From IMG/VR virus record IMGVR_UViG_3300031521_000001: 64,000 nt of DNA; one strand, 5' to 3'. The position numbers and the translations under genes were made by a program. Shown one piece after another: positions 38,417-47,346 of the stretch (positions within the stretch are counted from its first letter, which is position 1; each line of letters begins with the position of its first letter). Source of the stretch: a virus. A model generated the notes under the pieces. It was not told the DNA's origin, did not search any database, and saw only the letters and a list, made by a program, of their open reading frames with translations.

Positions 38417-38488
38417 GCCTTCATAGTTAAAGGGATATAACCAAAAATTTCTAATTTTTAATTCCTGGTTCGAGTCCAGGTGAGGGTA
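38417..38488 (+). tRNA. tRNA-Arg(TCT), canonical
   Basis: GCCTTCA/TGAGGGT, GTTA/TAAC, AAAAA-TTTCTAA-TTTTT, CCTGG-TTCGAGT-CCAGG. Confidence 0.85.
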
Positions 38489-38548
38489 CAAAAAATCAAG
38501 AATCTATTTAGGTTCTTGATTTTTTATATAAAAAATAATAATGTAATA

Positions 38549-39487
38549 TTGTTTAAATGTGATAAGTGTAATATAGATTTTAATAGTAAGATTGGTTTAT
38601 CAAATCATATGAGATTTCATATAAATTTTGATGATGATACTATAAACTCTATTATTGATGATTATTCTAATAATAACTTCACATATAGAGAGCTTATAGT
38701 TAAATATAAAGTTACTAATACTTCATTAGCTAAAATATTAAAAGCTGAAAATGTTAATATTACTGATAAAAAGAAAAAAAGAGGTACATGTTTTAAAAAA
38801 CATACTGAAGAGACTAAGAAAAAAATATCAAAACTTAGAACAGAATGGTTGATAAATAATCCTGATAAACATGTATGGAAGAGAAATACTAAATTTATAT
38901 CACAGCCATGCGAACACTTAAAAACTATTTTTGAAGAAAATAATATAAAATTCTTGCCTGAGTTTCCATATAATGAAGAAGAATTTGTTAAATATAGTAA
39001 TTTATTTACAAAATATAGAAACTATTCTATTGATATATCATTTCCAGAAAAAAGAATAGGTGTTGAAATTAATGGCAATCAACATTATAATTCAGATAAA
39101 ACATTAAAACCACATTATCAGGAAAAACATGACTATTTTATAAAAAATGATTGGAAAATATATGAAATATACTATTTGAAAGTTTATGATAGTGATTTTG
39201 TGTCCAATCTTATTGAAATAATAAAAAATGATAATGTTGGTGAATTTAATTATGATTTTGAATTAAGAACAAAAAATAAAACAATTTATTATTGTGATAA
39301 TTGTCATGACAATAAAGTTTATAGAAAAGGTAATATTTGTCCAGATTGTTCACATTTAAAGCAAAGAAAAGTAAAAAATAGACCAAAAAAAGAGGAACTA
39401 AAAAAATTAATTAATGAACATGGATTAGAAGGTGTTGGTAGAATATATAATGTTTCTGGTAATGCTGTTAAAAAATGGATAAAATAA
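38549..39487 (+). CDS. homing endonuclease-like protein (C2H2 finger, NUMOD3-like, Vsr-like nuclease, C-terminal HTH)
   Basis: CDKC..LSNHMRFH, HTEETKKKIS, YSIDISF..GVEINGNQHY, VGRIYNVSGNAVKKW; track start overlaps a tRNA, so TTG 38549 is proposed. Confidence 0.7.
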   Translation: MFKCDKCNIDFNSKIGLSNHMRFHINFDDDTINSIIDDYSNNNFTYRELIVKYKVTNTSLAKILKAENVNITDKKKKRGTCFKKHTEETKKKISKLRTEWLINNPDKHVWKRNTKFISQPCEHLKTIFEENNIKFLPEFPYNEEEFVKYSNLFTKYRNYSIDISFPEKRIGVEINGNQHYNSDKTLKPHYQEKHDYFIKNDWKIYEIYYLKVYDSDFVSNLIEIIKNDNVGEFNYDFELRTKNKTIYYCDNCHDNKVYRKGNICPDCSHLKQRKVKNRPKKEELKKLINEHGLEGVGRIYNVSGNAVKKWIK

Positions 39488-39503
39488 TTTTATAGTAATA
39501 TTT

Positions 39504-39836
39504 TTACAAATTAAATTTATTTCCAGCCTGCAATAATTCGAATTTTTCTGAAAATTCGAATGTTTCCACTTCATATTCTTCGTAATTAAATTCTACAGGT
39601 TCCAGATAATATTTACCATTCCAATAATTCAGCACATCTTCATAATCTATCATATCTTTGCAATCATAATTTTCATTATGTGATTTATCATAATCGTGTA
39701 TGAATGTTATCGAATATTTTATGCAACTTTCTTCACTATCAAACAATTTTACTTTCACTGTATCTTCATCAAAATTTTGTATAGTATATACAAAATATTT
39801 TTGACTATTATTTTCGAATAATTTGATATGTTTCAT
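39504..39836 (-). CDS. tagged small protein (MKHIKLFEN...NKFNL)
   Basis: Both terminal motifs present. Confidence 0.7.
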   Translation of the reverse strand: MKHIKLFENNSQKYFVYTIQNFDEDTVKVKLFDSEESCIKYSITFIHDYDKSHNENYDCKDMIDYEDVLNYWNGKYYLEPVEFNYEEYEVETFEFSEKFELLQAGNKFNL

Positions 39837-40330
39837 ATATTGAATTTTTTTGTGTTTATATAGAAATCAAACTCTATTTCAATTTCTTTGATAATATTAT
39901 CTAATATAGACAAATCATTTTTGTCTATTATTTTTATATCGTGAACATTTGATCTATCCCAATAAATGTAAGCATCTATTGTTTCATACTTATTAAGTGC
40001 TGATGTTATAATATCATAAATATCATTATTTTTGCTTTTAAAATCATCATAATTTCTTCTTTCCAAGATCACACATAGTTCCAATCCTTCTGATCTGTGA
40101 TATGTTAATAATCTTATTTTGAATAAATCTGTATATTTATATCTATATGATATAGTAATTTCATTAGAATCATCAAAATATATTTTAACTGATGATCCTT
40201 TGAAGTCATCTAATTCTTTTAGTCTAAATAGAATATCTTTTAATTTTTCTGAAAAATCTTTAAATATATTATTTTTGACTTTTGAACTATCATGTTTTAA
40301 TAATGTTTCAAACTGTTTGATATATTTCAT
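39833..40330 (-). CDS. tagged small protein (MKYIKQFET...KKFNI)
   Basis: Both terminal motifs present. Confidence 0.7.
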   Translation of the reverse strand: MKYIKQFETLLKHDSSKVKNNIFKDFSEKLKDILFRLKELDDFKGSSVKIYFDDSNEITISYRYKYTDLFKIRLLTYHRSEGLELCVILERRNYDDFKSKNNDIYDIITSALNKYETIDAYIYWDRSNVHDIKIIDKNDLSILDNIIKEIEIEFDFYINTKKFNI

Positions 40331-40377
40331 ATGTTATATATTAAAATTTTTTGTTGTTATTTTTTTATATATAAGAT

Positions 40378-41082
40378 ATGGAATATATAAAAGAATACAA
40401 CAAATACAATGAGGATTTAATCATTGAAAAATTAGACATTAAATCTCTATTAGACACATTTAAATCTTTGGATAGTAGAAAGGTTGCAACCTTTCTTGTT
40501 GGTAGCTTATTAACAGTTATGTCTGTAACACAGACTATAAATTATATAAGCAGTTTGAATGTAAATTCAGCTCAGAAAGCAGTATTAATACAAACTGTCG
40601 ATAAATTTAAAGATCCATTGAGTTTTGGTGTAAGTAGATTGGCTTATGAACACATAATGAGTCATGAAAAATTGAAATTAAAAGCTTATACTATTAATGA
40701 CGGAAAAGTCACAGTAGGATATGGGCATGCAGAACCAATTAAAAAATCAAAATTTAAAATAGGTCAACAAATAACGCCAGAAAAAGCAAATGAATTATTA
40801 AAGCAAGATGTTAAAGTTGCATATGATGGAGTTAGACGTATATTTGAAGAATGGCACAAAAAGGGAATAAATATAAAATTGACACAAAATCAATTCGATG
40901 TTTTGGTATCTTTAGCATTTAACATGGGAATTGATGGATTAAGAACATCAGAATTTATTCAAGCATTAAAAAATAAAGATATTAAGAATGCATCTGAATT
41001 AATAAAAACAACTGGATTAAGAGACGGATTTGCAGGACTAGTTGATAGAAGAGAAGAAGAATATAACATATTTATATCATAA
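40378..41082 (+). CDS. GH24 (T4/P21-type) lysozyme with N-terminal extension
   Basis: HEKLKLKAY..DGKVTVGYGH, LTQNQFDVLVSLAFNMG, GLVDRREEE. Confidence 0.85.
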   Translation: MEYIKEYNKYNEDLIIEKLDIKSLLDTFKSLDSRKVATFLVGSLLTVMSVTQTINYISSLNVNSAQKAVLIQTVDKFKDPLSFGVSRLAYEHIMSHEKLKLKAYTINDGKVTVGYGHAEPIKKSKFKIGQQITPEKANELLKQDVKVAYDGVRRIFEEWHKKGINIKLTQNQFDVLVSLAFNMGIDGLRTSEFIQALKNKDIKNASELIKTTGLRDGFAGLVDRREEEYNIFIS

Positions 41083-41111
41083 AAAAAGAGATTCAAATGA
41101 ATCTCTTTTTT

Positions 41112-41420
41112 TTATTTAAGTCCTTTAAGAACATCTATTTGTTCAGTTAACCATTTCATATCAAAGTTTTGATAAACATTCAATTTAACATGTTCTAATG
41201 CAAGTATTCTTTCATCAAGTCTATTATTTTCAATTAAACTTTTGATTTTTTCAACTAATTCTTCTTTGCCATTGATGGTAATATCTTTGTCAATTGAATC
41301 ATCATTGGTAATTTTAATAGAAATTGATTCATCTATTAAATCATAGATTTGATTTCTCAAAATATCTTTTGATTCATACTTTTTTTCAACTACTTCTTCT
41401 ATTTTACTAAATTTAATCAT
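41112..41420 (-). CDS. hypothetical protein
   Basis: 102-aa ORF. Confidence 0.65.
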   Translation of the reverse strand: MIKFSKIEEVVEKKYESKDILRNQIYDLIDESISIKITNDDSIDKDITINGKEELVEKIKSLIENNRLDERILALEHVKLNVYQNFDMKWLTEQIDVLKGLK

Positions 41421-41438
41421 ATTTATTTTATTTATTTT

Positions 41439-41708
41439 TTATTTGTAAGTATACCCTGATCTATTAGCCCAAACAAGTCCAGAAACTTGAATATATGTAA
41501 CATCATTCACCATGATAGCAGGATATGTATTAGATAGAGTAGTTCCTGTTATATATGGATATTCATATCTCAATACGCTATCCACAGTTGACATTTTTTT
41601 AATTGACCATATAGGATCTGTGTCTTGAGTACCTGGTGTAGCATAACCATAATATACTGTTGCTCCACTTCCAGTTGCAGGATCAACTCTTAAAAGTTCC
41701 ATTGCCAT
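41439..41708 (-). CDS. hypothetical protein, probably virion-associated
   Basis: YYGYATPG..WSIKK..WANRSGYTY; late motif upstream. Confidence 0.65.
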   Translation of the reverse strand: MAMELLRVDPATGSGATVYYGYATPGTQDTDPIWSIKKMSTVDSVLRYEYPYITGTTLSNTYPAIMVNDVTYIQVSGLVWANRSGYTYK

Positions 41709-41801
41709 AATAATTTATATTTTTCTTTTATATATAAAAAAACACATTTCATATTTTATGTATATATAAAAAAAACTTGTAATAAATTACAAGTTTTTTA
41801 T

Positions 41802-42168
41802 TGGTGGAGATGTCGATATCCGAGAATCGAGTCCAATATTGCCTTTCAGCTTCGTCTACAAGTTTAGTTCATTTTTTCTAAAATAAACAAAAATACATAA
41901 TTTTTAAGTGGTCATCATTAAATCCACCAAACATTTTTACACCTTAAAATAGTTTGCTAACAAGGTTTCTGATTTTAGTCTGTTTAGGCTACTAAAACTT
42001 CATTACCAACAACAGCTTCAGAAACTGCGAAAGTGGAATTAGAAGTTAAAATATGCGTATGTGCGTTGCCATTTAAATTTTACCCATTAATTTATTAATC
42101 GCTAACTTAGATAATGCGATACTTGCTGATAACCTTATTCTACATTACTGTCAAAACCGTTCATCCCC
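41802..42168 (-). ncRNA. ssrA: tmRNA
   Basis: 5' GGGGATGAACGGTTTTGACAG, 3' CATCTCCACCA with G3:U70; internal tag frame 42070-41984 after TAAAT encodes GNAHTHILTSNSTFAVSEAVVGNEVLVA-stop; terminator at 41768-41799. Confidence 0.88.
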
Positions 42169-42188
42169 TTTTGTTCTTTATATAGTAT

Positions 42189-42491
42189 TTAAAAATTATA
42201 AAGTTTTTCTATTTTTAATAATTTAACCTTTCTGACATCATTATTAAGATATTTTTTAATTTCATTCATAATTTCCAATGTATAGTTATCAAATATTTTA
42301 TTTTTTAATGCACTATCAATCTCTAAGAATAAGTGTTCTAATTTTGAATTATCATTAATATCAATAGATATAAACTTAAGTGCCAGTTCTCTTATACATG
42401 ATGCTTGACTATAATATTGACTACTTACATAATACATTTTTATAAATTCAAGTTTATTGATTAGAGTTTGTTTTCTACATATTGTTTTCAT
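42189..42491 (-). CDS. hypothetical protein with RKVKL motif
   Basis: Start moved to ATG 42491 downstream of a TTTG-N20-TATATTTG promoter. Confidence 0.6.
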   Translation of the reverse strand: MKTICRKQTLINKLEFIKMYYVSSQYYSQASCIRELALKFISIDINDNSKLEHLFLEIDSALKNKIFDNYTLEIMNEIKKYLNNDVRKVKLLKIEKLYNF

Positions 42492-42532
42492 TTTACAAAT
42501 ATACAATAATTAATTTGATTTATCAAAAAACA

Positions 42533-42754
42533 TTAGTTTTTATGTAATAAAGTTTCATCATAATTTTCACTATCTAAAAAATTTTCAATTATACTATTTA
42601 TATAATCTTTATTTTTTTCGTATCTTGGTAAAACGTCAATAGAGTTATTTACATTTTTTCTAAAAAAAATATCTCCTTTATTTAAATCTATCATTTCAAT
42701 TGCATATAATGAAATAATATTATCTTTTTTTTCTACGCTAAATTTTTCAATCAT
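42533..42754 (-). CDS. hypothetical protein
   Basis: 73 aa within the operon. Confidence 0.55.
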   Translation of the reverse strand: MIEKFSVEKKDNIISLYAIEMIDLNKGDIFFRKNVNNSIDVLPRYEKNKDYINSIIENFLDSENYDETLLHKN

Positions 42755-42758
42755 ACTA

Positions 42759-43130
42759 TTATTCCGTTATTTTTGAACTTATATCATTTTTAATTTCATC
42801 TGTTGTTATATTTGGATATTTTTCTTTTATAGATAAATACAATCTATCTCTATCATCTTTCAATTTTTCAATTTTTTCATAATAAGGTTGTATTATACTT
42901 TGAATTGATTTTATTTCTCTTTCCAAATATATCAATTTTTCATTTAGTTCCATTGTTTTTCTAATATCATTTTCATCAGAATAAACTATAATTTTCATTT
43001 CATCTTGAATTTTTTGAAACATTTCTTTTTTCTTCATTATTATTGGCTCTTGTTCTGCAATTTCCTTTAAGTTCTGAAGATAATAGTTTCTTATCCTTAC
43101 AGCTTCATCAATATATTGTTCTGCTATCAT
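42759..43130 (-). CDS. coiled-coil hypothetical protein
   Basis: 123 aa, heptad pattern. Confidence 0.7.
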   Translation of the reverse strand: MIAEQYIDEAVRIRNYYLQNLKEIAEQEPIIMKKKEMFQKIQDEMKIIVYSDENDIRKTMELNEKLIYLEREIKSIQSIIQPYYEKIEKLKDDRDRLYLSIKEKYPNITTDEIKNDISSKITE

Positions 43131-43531
43131 TTTTCCGAATTTCTTTTTTCTATTAAATATGAAACATATTCATCATCAGTCATTGACTCAGTTAATTTAT
43201 ACTCATCTTCTGTATTAGAAATATCAGAAGAGAAATTATTTTCTATTTCATATTTTATTTTATACCACTCATCAATGTCAAAATCAACATCTTCAATTCT
43301 ATCATTTAATCCATATTCTTTATATTTTGAAATTAAATATCCAACATCAACAGTTTTACCTATTGTACCAGAAAAATAATCAATCAAAAAACTCGATATA
43401 GTAGAGAAATCGTCTAATTCTATAGCTCTATCTATATAATAATCAGAAAGATATCCAGCCATTTTGATGATCTTCATTTCATATTCTTTTAATTTCCTAG
43501 CTGAATCTAATTTTTTGTTAGTTTTTGTCAT
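43127..43531 (-). CDS. hypothetical protein
   Basis: 134 aa, 4-nt overlap with the next gene. Confidence 0.7.
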   Translation of the reverse strand: MTKTNKKLDSARKLKEYEMKIIKMAGYLSDYYIDRAIELDDFSTISSFLIDYFSGTIGKTVDVGYLISKYKEYGLNDRIEDVDFDIDEWYKIKYEIENNFSSDISNTEDEYKLTESMTDDEYVSYLIEKRNSEK

Positions 43532-43541
43532 TTAGTGTAAT

Positions 43542-44294
43542 TTATTTTTTAAGTTCGTCCTCAATAATTGTTTTTAATTGATTATATATCTCATCTTTCA
43601 ATTTAGTTGGATATTTTAATATTTTTTCTGATATTAAATTTGCATAATATTCAACAGCATCAGCTTCTACATTTTCTTGAATCATTCCAATAAAACTTGG
43701 ATTAGGAATTAGTTCTTCTATTGGAATTATCAATTTTACAGAATAATTACTTTTGAACATTTTAAACATCATTTTAAGAGGATCAACTTTTGGTTCCTCA
43801 TTTTTAACTATAATTTGTTTATCACCATTTACTAATTTTTCATCTTCATCATCCCAATTTCTTTCTTGTATACTTGGTATATCAGCTCCTGGCATATTTT
43901 TTCTCCATTCTTCTAGCATAGCTTTCTTTTCTTGTGCTGATAAAACGACAGATCCTTCTACTTGTTCCTGTTTAACAGAAGATTGAGACATTGAATTATC
44001 AGAAAGAGTTACAGGTTTTTCAATAAATTTAACTTGTGCTCCAGCATTTGGAGAGTCCTGTATTTTACTAGTGTCAATATTTTTAAGTTGTTGAGCCATA
44101 TTTACTAACGGATCACTTGATGGTGCTTGAAAAAAAGTATCAGGATTAATTGATTCTTCTACCATATCATATTTTTTTGCTAGTATATCCTTTTTTATAC
44201 TAACATTATCACTCATTACATAGAAATTGACATCTTCTTTAATGATGTTAACTCTTTCTCCTGTTTGTTTATTCACGAAAACACTATTTGTCAT
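43542..44294 (-). CDS. hypothetical protein
   Basis: 250-aa ORF. Confidence 0.75.
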   Translation of the reverse strand: MTNSVFVNKQTGERVNIIKEDVNFYVMSDNVSIKKDILAKKYDMVEESINPDTFFQAPSSDPLVNMAQQLKNIDTSKIQDSPNAGAQVKFIEKPVTLSDNSMSQSSVKQEQVEGSVVLSAQEKKAMLEEWRKNMPGADIPSIQERNWDDEDEKLVNGDKQIIVKNEEPKVDPLKMMFKMFKSNYSVKLIIPIEELIPNPSFIGMIQENVEADAVEYYANLISEKILKYPTKLKDEIYNQLKTIIEDELKK

Positions 44295-44363
44295 AAAAAT
44301 TATTTATTTTTTATTATATATAATGAATTATAGTACCGATTAAAAAAAAGTTTTAAACAAATA

Positions 44364-44684
44364 ATGAAATATTTAAAAACATTTGAAGAAGGAATATACA
44401 GCAGCAGAGAAAAAATGTATGTTGATGCTTATGGTAAAATACACAGAAATCTTAAAAAAATATTGTGTATTGATAATCATATTGGAGAGTTAGAAGATAC
44501 ATATAAATTAACAATAGGGCAAGTTTACAATATAAGAATAAAGGAGTTACATACTATATCAGTTATTGACGATAACGGAACTGAACTGTTTTTTAATCCT
44601 TCAGAAATTTCTAAGAATTTCTCAACTTCTCAAAGTTTAGAAGAATATGAAATAAAAAAAAATACTGAAAAATTTAATTTATGA
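44364..44684 (+). CDS. tagged small protein (MKYLKTFEE...EKFNL)
   Basis: Both terminal motifs present. Confidence 0.7.
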   Translation: MKYLKTFEEGIYSSREKMYVDAYGKIHRNLKKILCIDNHIGELEDTYKLTIGQVYNIRIKELHTISVIDDNGTELFFNPSEISKNFSTSQSLEEYEIKKNTEKFNL

Positions 44685-45121
44685 AATATATAAAAAAATT
44701 TAAGAATAATAAAGAATCTGATTATGTTGGTAAGTTTTGTGTTACACAAACAGAAGATGACAATGATGTAAAAATGTCAATATTGCAATGTAATCGTGTA
44801 GACTTTCCTATCAAATCTGATATTAATGTGTTTGTATCATTTGAATGTTTTGATATAGATAATAATAATATTTCTTATCCAGTAGGTGATAATGAATCAT
44901 TATCAATAGAAGATTTTAACAAAATTAATTTTATGAACGCAACTGAATTTTATAATAGTTATAAAGATATATGTGAGAAACTATATTATAAAATTATTGA
45001 AGATTTAAAAAATGTAGAACTAGAATATTGGCGTCGTATGATTTTAAAAAATTACAAAAAAGAATTAGATAAAATACCTGAGTTTAAATTTTTTGTTGAT
45101 TCTGATAAATTCAATATATAA
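44681..45121 (+). CDS. tagged small protein (MKYIKKFKN...DKFNI)
   Basis: Both terminal motifs present. Confidence 0.7.
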   Translation: MKYIKKFKNNKESDYVGKFCVTQTEDDNDVKMSILQCNRVDFPIKSDINVFVSFECFDIDNNNISYPVGDNESLSIEDFNKINFMNATEFYNSYKDICEKLYYKIIEDLKNVELEYWRRMILKNYKKELDKIPEFKFFVDSDKFNI

Positions 45122-45156
45122 TTTTTATATATACGACATAGAAAAAAAATCAAAAA

Positions 45157-45780
45157 ATGATAAGTAAGGAACTCAGATATTCTGAATTGAAATATAATGG
45201 TGAAATTTTTACTGAACAGTGGAAAATTGATGAGATTTTAATTGATAATAAATTCAATTGGATGGTTAATGCTGAAATAAAAAATGCTAGACTAGAAATT
45301 TTTCAAAATACATTAGTTTGGAATGCTGGTATTTGGTATAATGGAGATTGGTATTTTGGTGTTTGGAGAGATGGTGAGTGGAGATATGGAAATTGGCAAA
45401 ACGGTGTGTGGTACAATGGAGTATGGAGAAATGGTACATTTAAATCAGGTATTATTTATAAAGGTAATTTTTTCAAAGGAAAAATAGATGGAGGAGAAAT
45501 AAGAGGAGGAAATTTTATTGATGTTGAAATATCTCCAAATGTAGTTGAATATACTGGAGAAGAATATCAAGTAAAAAAACAAGAAGAGCAATCTCAGTCT
45601 AATACTCAAGTTGTAACAGCACAAGCTCAACCTAATACACAAGCTCAACCTAATGCGCCAGATAAAGTCAAAGTTCACAGTTCACAATCAGAAGTGAATC
45701 AAGTGATTCAACCAAAAAAAGAAAATGTAAAATATAATATGTATAGAATGAAAAATTTCGAATCATTCTCAAAAAAATAA
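45157..45780 (+). CDS. W-x-x-G pentapeptide-repeat protein
   Basis: WNAGI WYNGD WYFGV WRDGE WRYGN WQNGV WYNGV WRNGT. Confidence 0.75.
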   Translation: MISKELRYSELKYNGEIFTEQWKIDEILIDNKFNWMVNAEIKNARLEIFQNTLVWNAGIWYNGDWYFGVWRDGEWRYGNWQNGVWYNGVWRNGTFKSGIIYKGNFFKGKIDGGEIRGGNFIDVEISPNVVEYTGEEYQVKKQEEQSQSNTQVVTAQAQPNTQAQPNAPDKVKVHSSQSEVNQVIQPKKENVKYNMYRMKNFESFSKK

Positions 45781-45789
45781 TTAAACCCA

Positions 45790-46170
45790 ATGGATAAAAA
45801 AACTTTAAATTTTGATGATTTCATAACAGAGAAACATCATGACAGTGACGACAGTATTGATACAATCACAATGGATGTACCATTGTTCATTCGTATGTTG
45901 GAATTTGCAAAGGAAGACGCTAAAACTGATATGGATTTACATAAAGCAACAGAAATAGCACTTAAAATATCAAAAAAAGAAGGTAAATTGTCTATGGATA
46001 ATTACTATAAAATTGTAAGTGAGTGCGGACAAGGCGAATGTGAAGAAGATGATAAGAAAGATGATAAGAAAGATGATAAGAAAGATGATAAGAAAGAAGA
46101 TAAAAAAGAAGATAAAAAAGAAGATAAAAAAGAAGATAAAAAAGAAGATAAAAAAGAAGACAAAAAATGA
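45790..46170 (+). CDS. small protein with tag (KKTLNFDDFITE) and (D/E)DKK tail
   Basis: Core DVPLFIRMLEFAKED..DMDLH. Confidence 0.7.
   Translation: MDKKTLNFDDFITEKHHDSDDSIDTITMDVPLFIRMLEFAKEDAKTDMDLHKATEIALKISKKEGKLSMDNYYKIVSECGQGECEEDDKKDDKKDDKKDDKKEDKKEDKKEDKKEDKKEDKKEDKK
46048..46167 (+). repeat. 12-bp tandem repeat x10 encoding DDKK/EDKK
   Basis: GATGATAAGAAA x4, then GAAGA(T/C)AAAAAA x6. Confidence 0.9.
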
Positions 46171-46481
46171 AAAAAACTTTAAATTTTGATGATTTTCTAA
46201 ATGAAACATTATCGACTATACCAGGTTCAAAAAATTCATCATCAGATAAACAGATTCTAAGAGCTGCAATTTTATCTGAGTTAGATACTATCAATTTATA
46301 TGAGCAATTGGCTGACGAAGCTAACGATAGCAAAATTAAAGATATTTTGTTAGATGTAGCTAGAGAAGAAAAAACTCACATTGGAGAATTTCAAGCTTTA
46401 CTTAAAGAAATTGATGAGGAATATGCAGAAGAATTAAAAAATGGTAAAAGAGAAGTAGAAAAAGAAGATAAAAACAAATAA
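46167..46481 (+). CDS. ferritin-like / rubrerythrin-family protein (encapsulin-cargo type)
   Basis: ILRAAILSELDTINLYEQ..ILLDVAREEKTHIGEFQALL di-iron motifs. Confidence 0.8.
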   Translation: MKKTLNFDDFLNETLSTIPGSKNSSSDKQILRAAILSELDTINLYEQLADEANDSKIKDILLDVAREEKTHIGEFQALLKEIDEEYAEELKNGKREVEKEDKNK

Positions 46482-46485
46482 TAAC

Positions 46486-46761
46486 ATGAAAAGAACAAAA
46501 GATTTCGATACATTCACTGAATCAGTAGGAGATTTAGAAGATAGCTTCGTTAAAATTAATATAGATGAAACTGAATTAGAAGTTTCGGATAGACCAAAAG
46601 TAGGTAAATTAAATCAAATACCTGGTACAATAATAATTGAAACTCCAAGTAAGACTGATGAATATAATGCTAAAATGAGATTAGGAGGAGAAGTTATTGT
46701 TGATCCTAAATTTCCTGAAAAATCTATACACCACGTCAAAAAATTTAATGATTTTCATTAA
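46486..46761 (+). CDS. small protein with tag (MKRTKDFDTFTE)
   Basis: Tag-like motif at both ends (..HVKKFNDF). Confidence 0.65.
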   Translation: MKRTKDFDTFTESVGDLEDSFVKINIDETELEVSDRPKVGKLNQIPGTIIIETPSKTDEYNAKMRLGGEVIVDPKFPEKSIHHVKKFNDFH

Positions 46762-46791
46762 TAGAACCATGTAAATGATATATATAACATC

Positions 46792-47115
46792 ATGGGATAT
46801 ATTTATTTATTAGAATCATCTAACGACGATGGTACAATTTACAAAATTGGTTATACAAAAAATTCAGTTCAAAAAAGAATTGACTCATTACAAACAGGAA
46901 ATCCTTATTTGATAAAGGAATTGTGCTGTTATAAAACTAAGTACAATCAAAGATTAGAAAAAAGTCTACACAACTTCTATTCTCATTGTAGATTAACTGG
47001 TGAATGGTTCTCATTATCTCTAAATGACATAACTAATTTCATAACTTTATGCGATAAATTAGAAAATAACTTTGATAATTTAAAAAATAATCATTTTATT
47101 TCAAAAATGTTTTGA
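46792..47115 (+). CDS. GIY-YIG superfamily protein (T5orf172/MUG113-like)
   Basis: GYIYL..YKIGYT..RIDSLQTGNP..LEKSLH..GEWF. Confidence 0.8.
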   Translation: MGYIYLLESSNDDGTIYKIGYTKNSVQKRIDSLQTGNPYLIKELCCYKTKYNQRLEKSLHNFYSHCRLTGEWFSLSLNDITNFITLCDKLENNFDNLKNNHFISKMF

Positions 47116-47141
47116 TATATCAAATATTAATACTATCTTTG
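47111..47141 (+). promoter_or_regulatory. Bacteroidota sigmaA-type promoter for tRNA-Asn
   Basis: TTTG-N19-TATCTTTG. Confidence 0.65.
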
Positions 47142-47193
47142 TACTCAATAATAAACAAAACATGTTTTTAAACATATAACACTCAAATCATAT

Positions 47194-47266
47194 TCTTCCT
47201 TAGCTCAGTCGGTAGAGCATTGCACTGTTAATGCAAGTGTCCTTGGTTCAAGCCCAAGAGGGAGAG
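47194..47266 (+). tRNA. tRNA-Asn(GTT)
   Basis: TCTTCCT/AGGGAGA with G73, GCTC/GAGC, TTGCA-CTGTTAA-TGCAA. Confidence 0.9.
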
Positions 47267-47346
47267 CAAAAAAAATAGTCAAGAGGTTAATAGCGAATAA
47301 CTCTCATTTTCAATTTTAATTATTTATATATACAATAAAATATCAT

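Noticed and set aside
38417-38488. Possible amber suppressor tRNA (CTA within TTTCTAA loops; also 35698 and 35512) and stop-codon recoding
   Set aside because: With 5-bp stems and 7-nt loops the anticodons are TCT/CCT (Arg). Long conserved genes translate intact in the standard code.
46048-46167. Short tandem repeats as a possible CRISPR array
   Set aside because: Contiguous in-frame 12-mers without spacers. No repeat-spacer array or cas gene was seen in the window.
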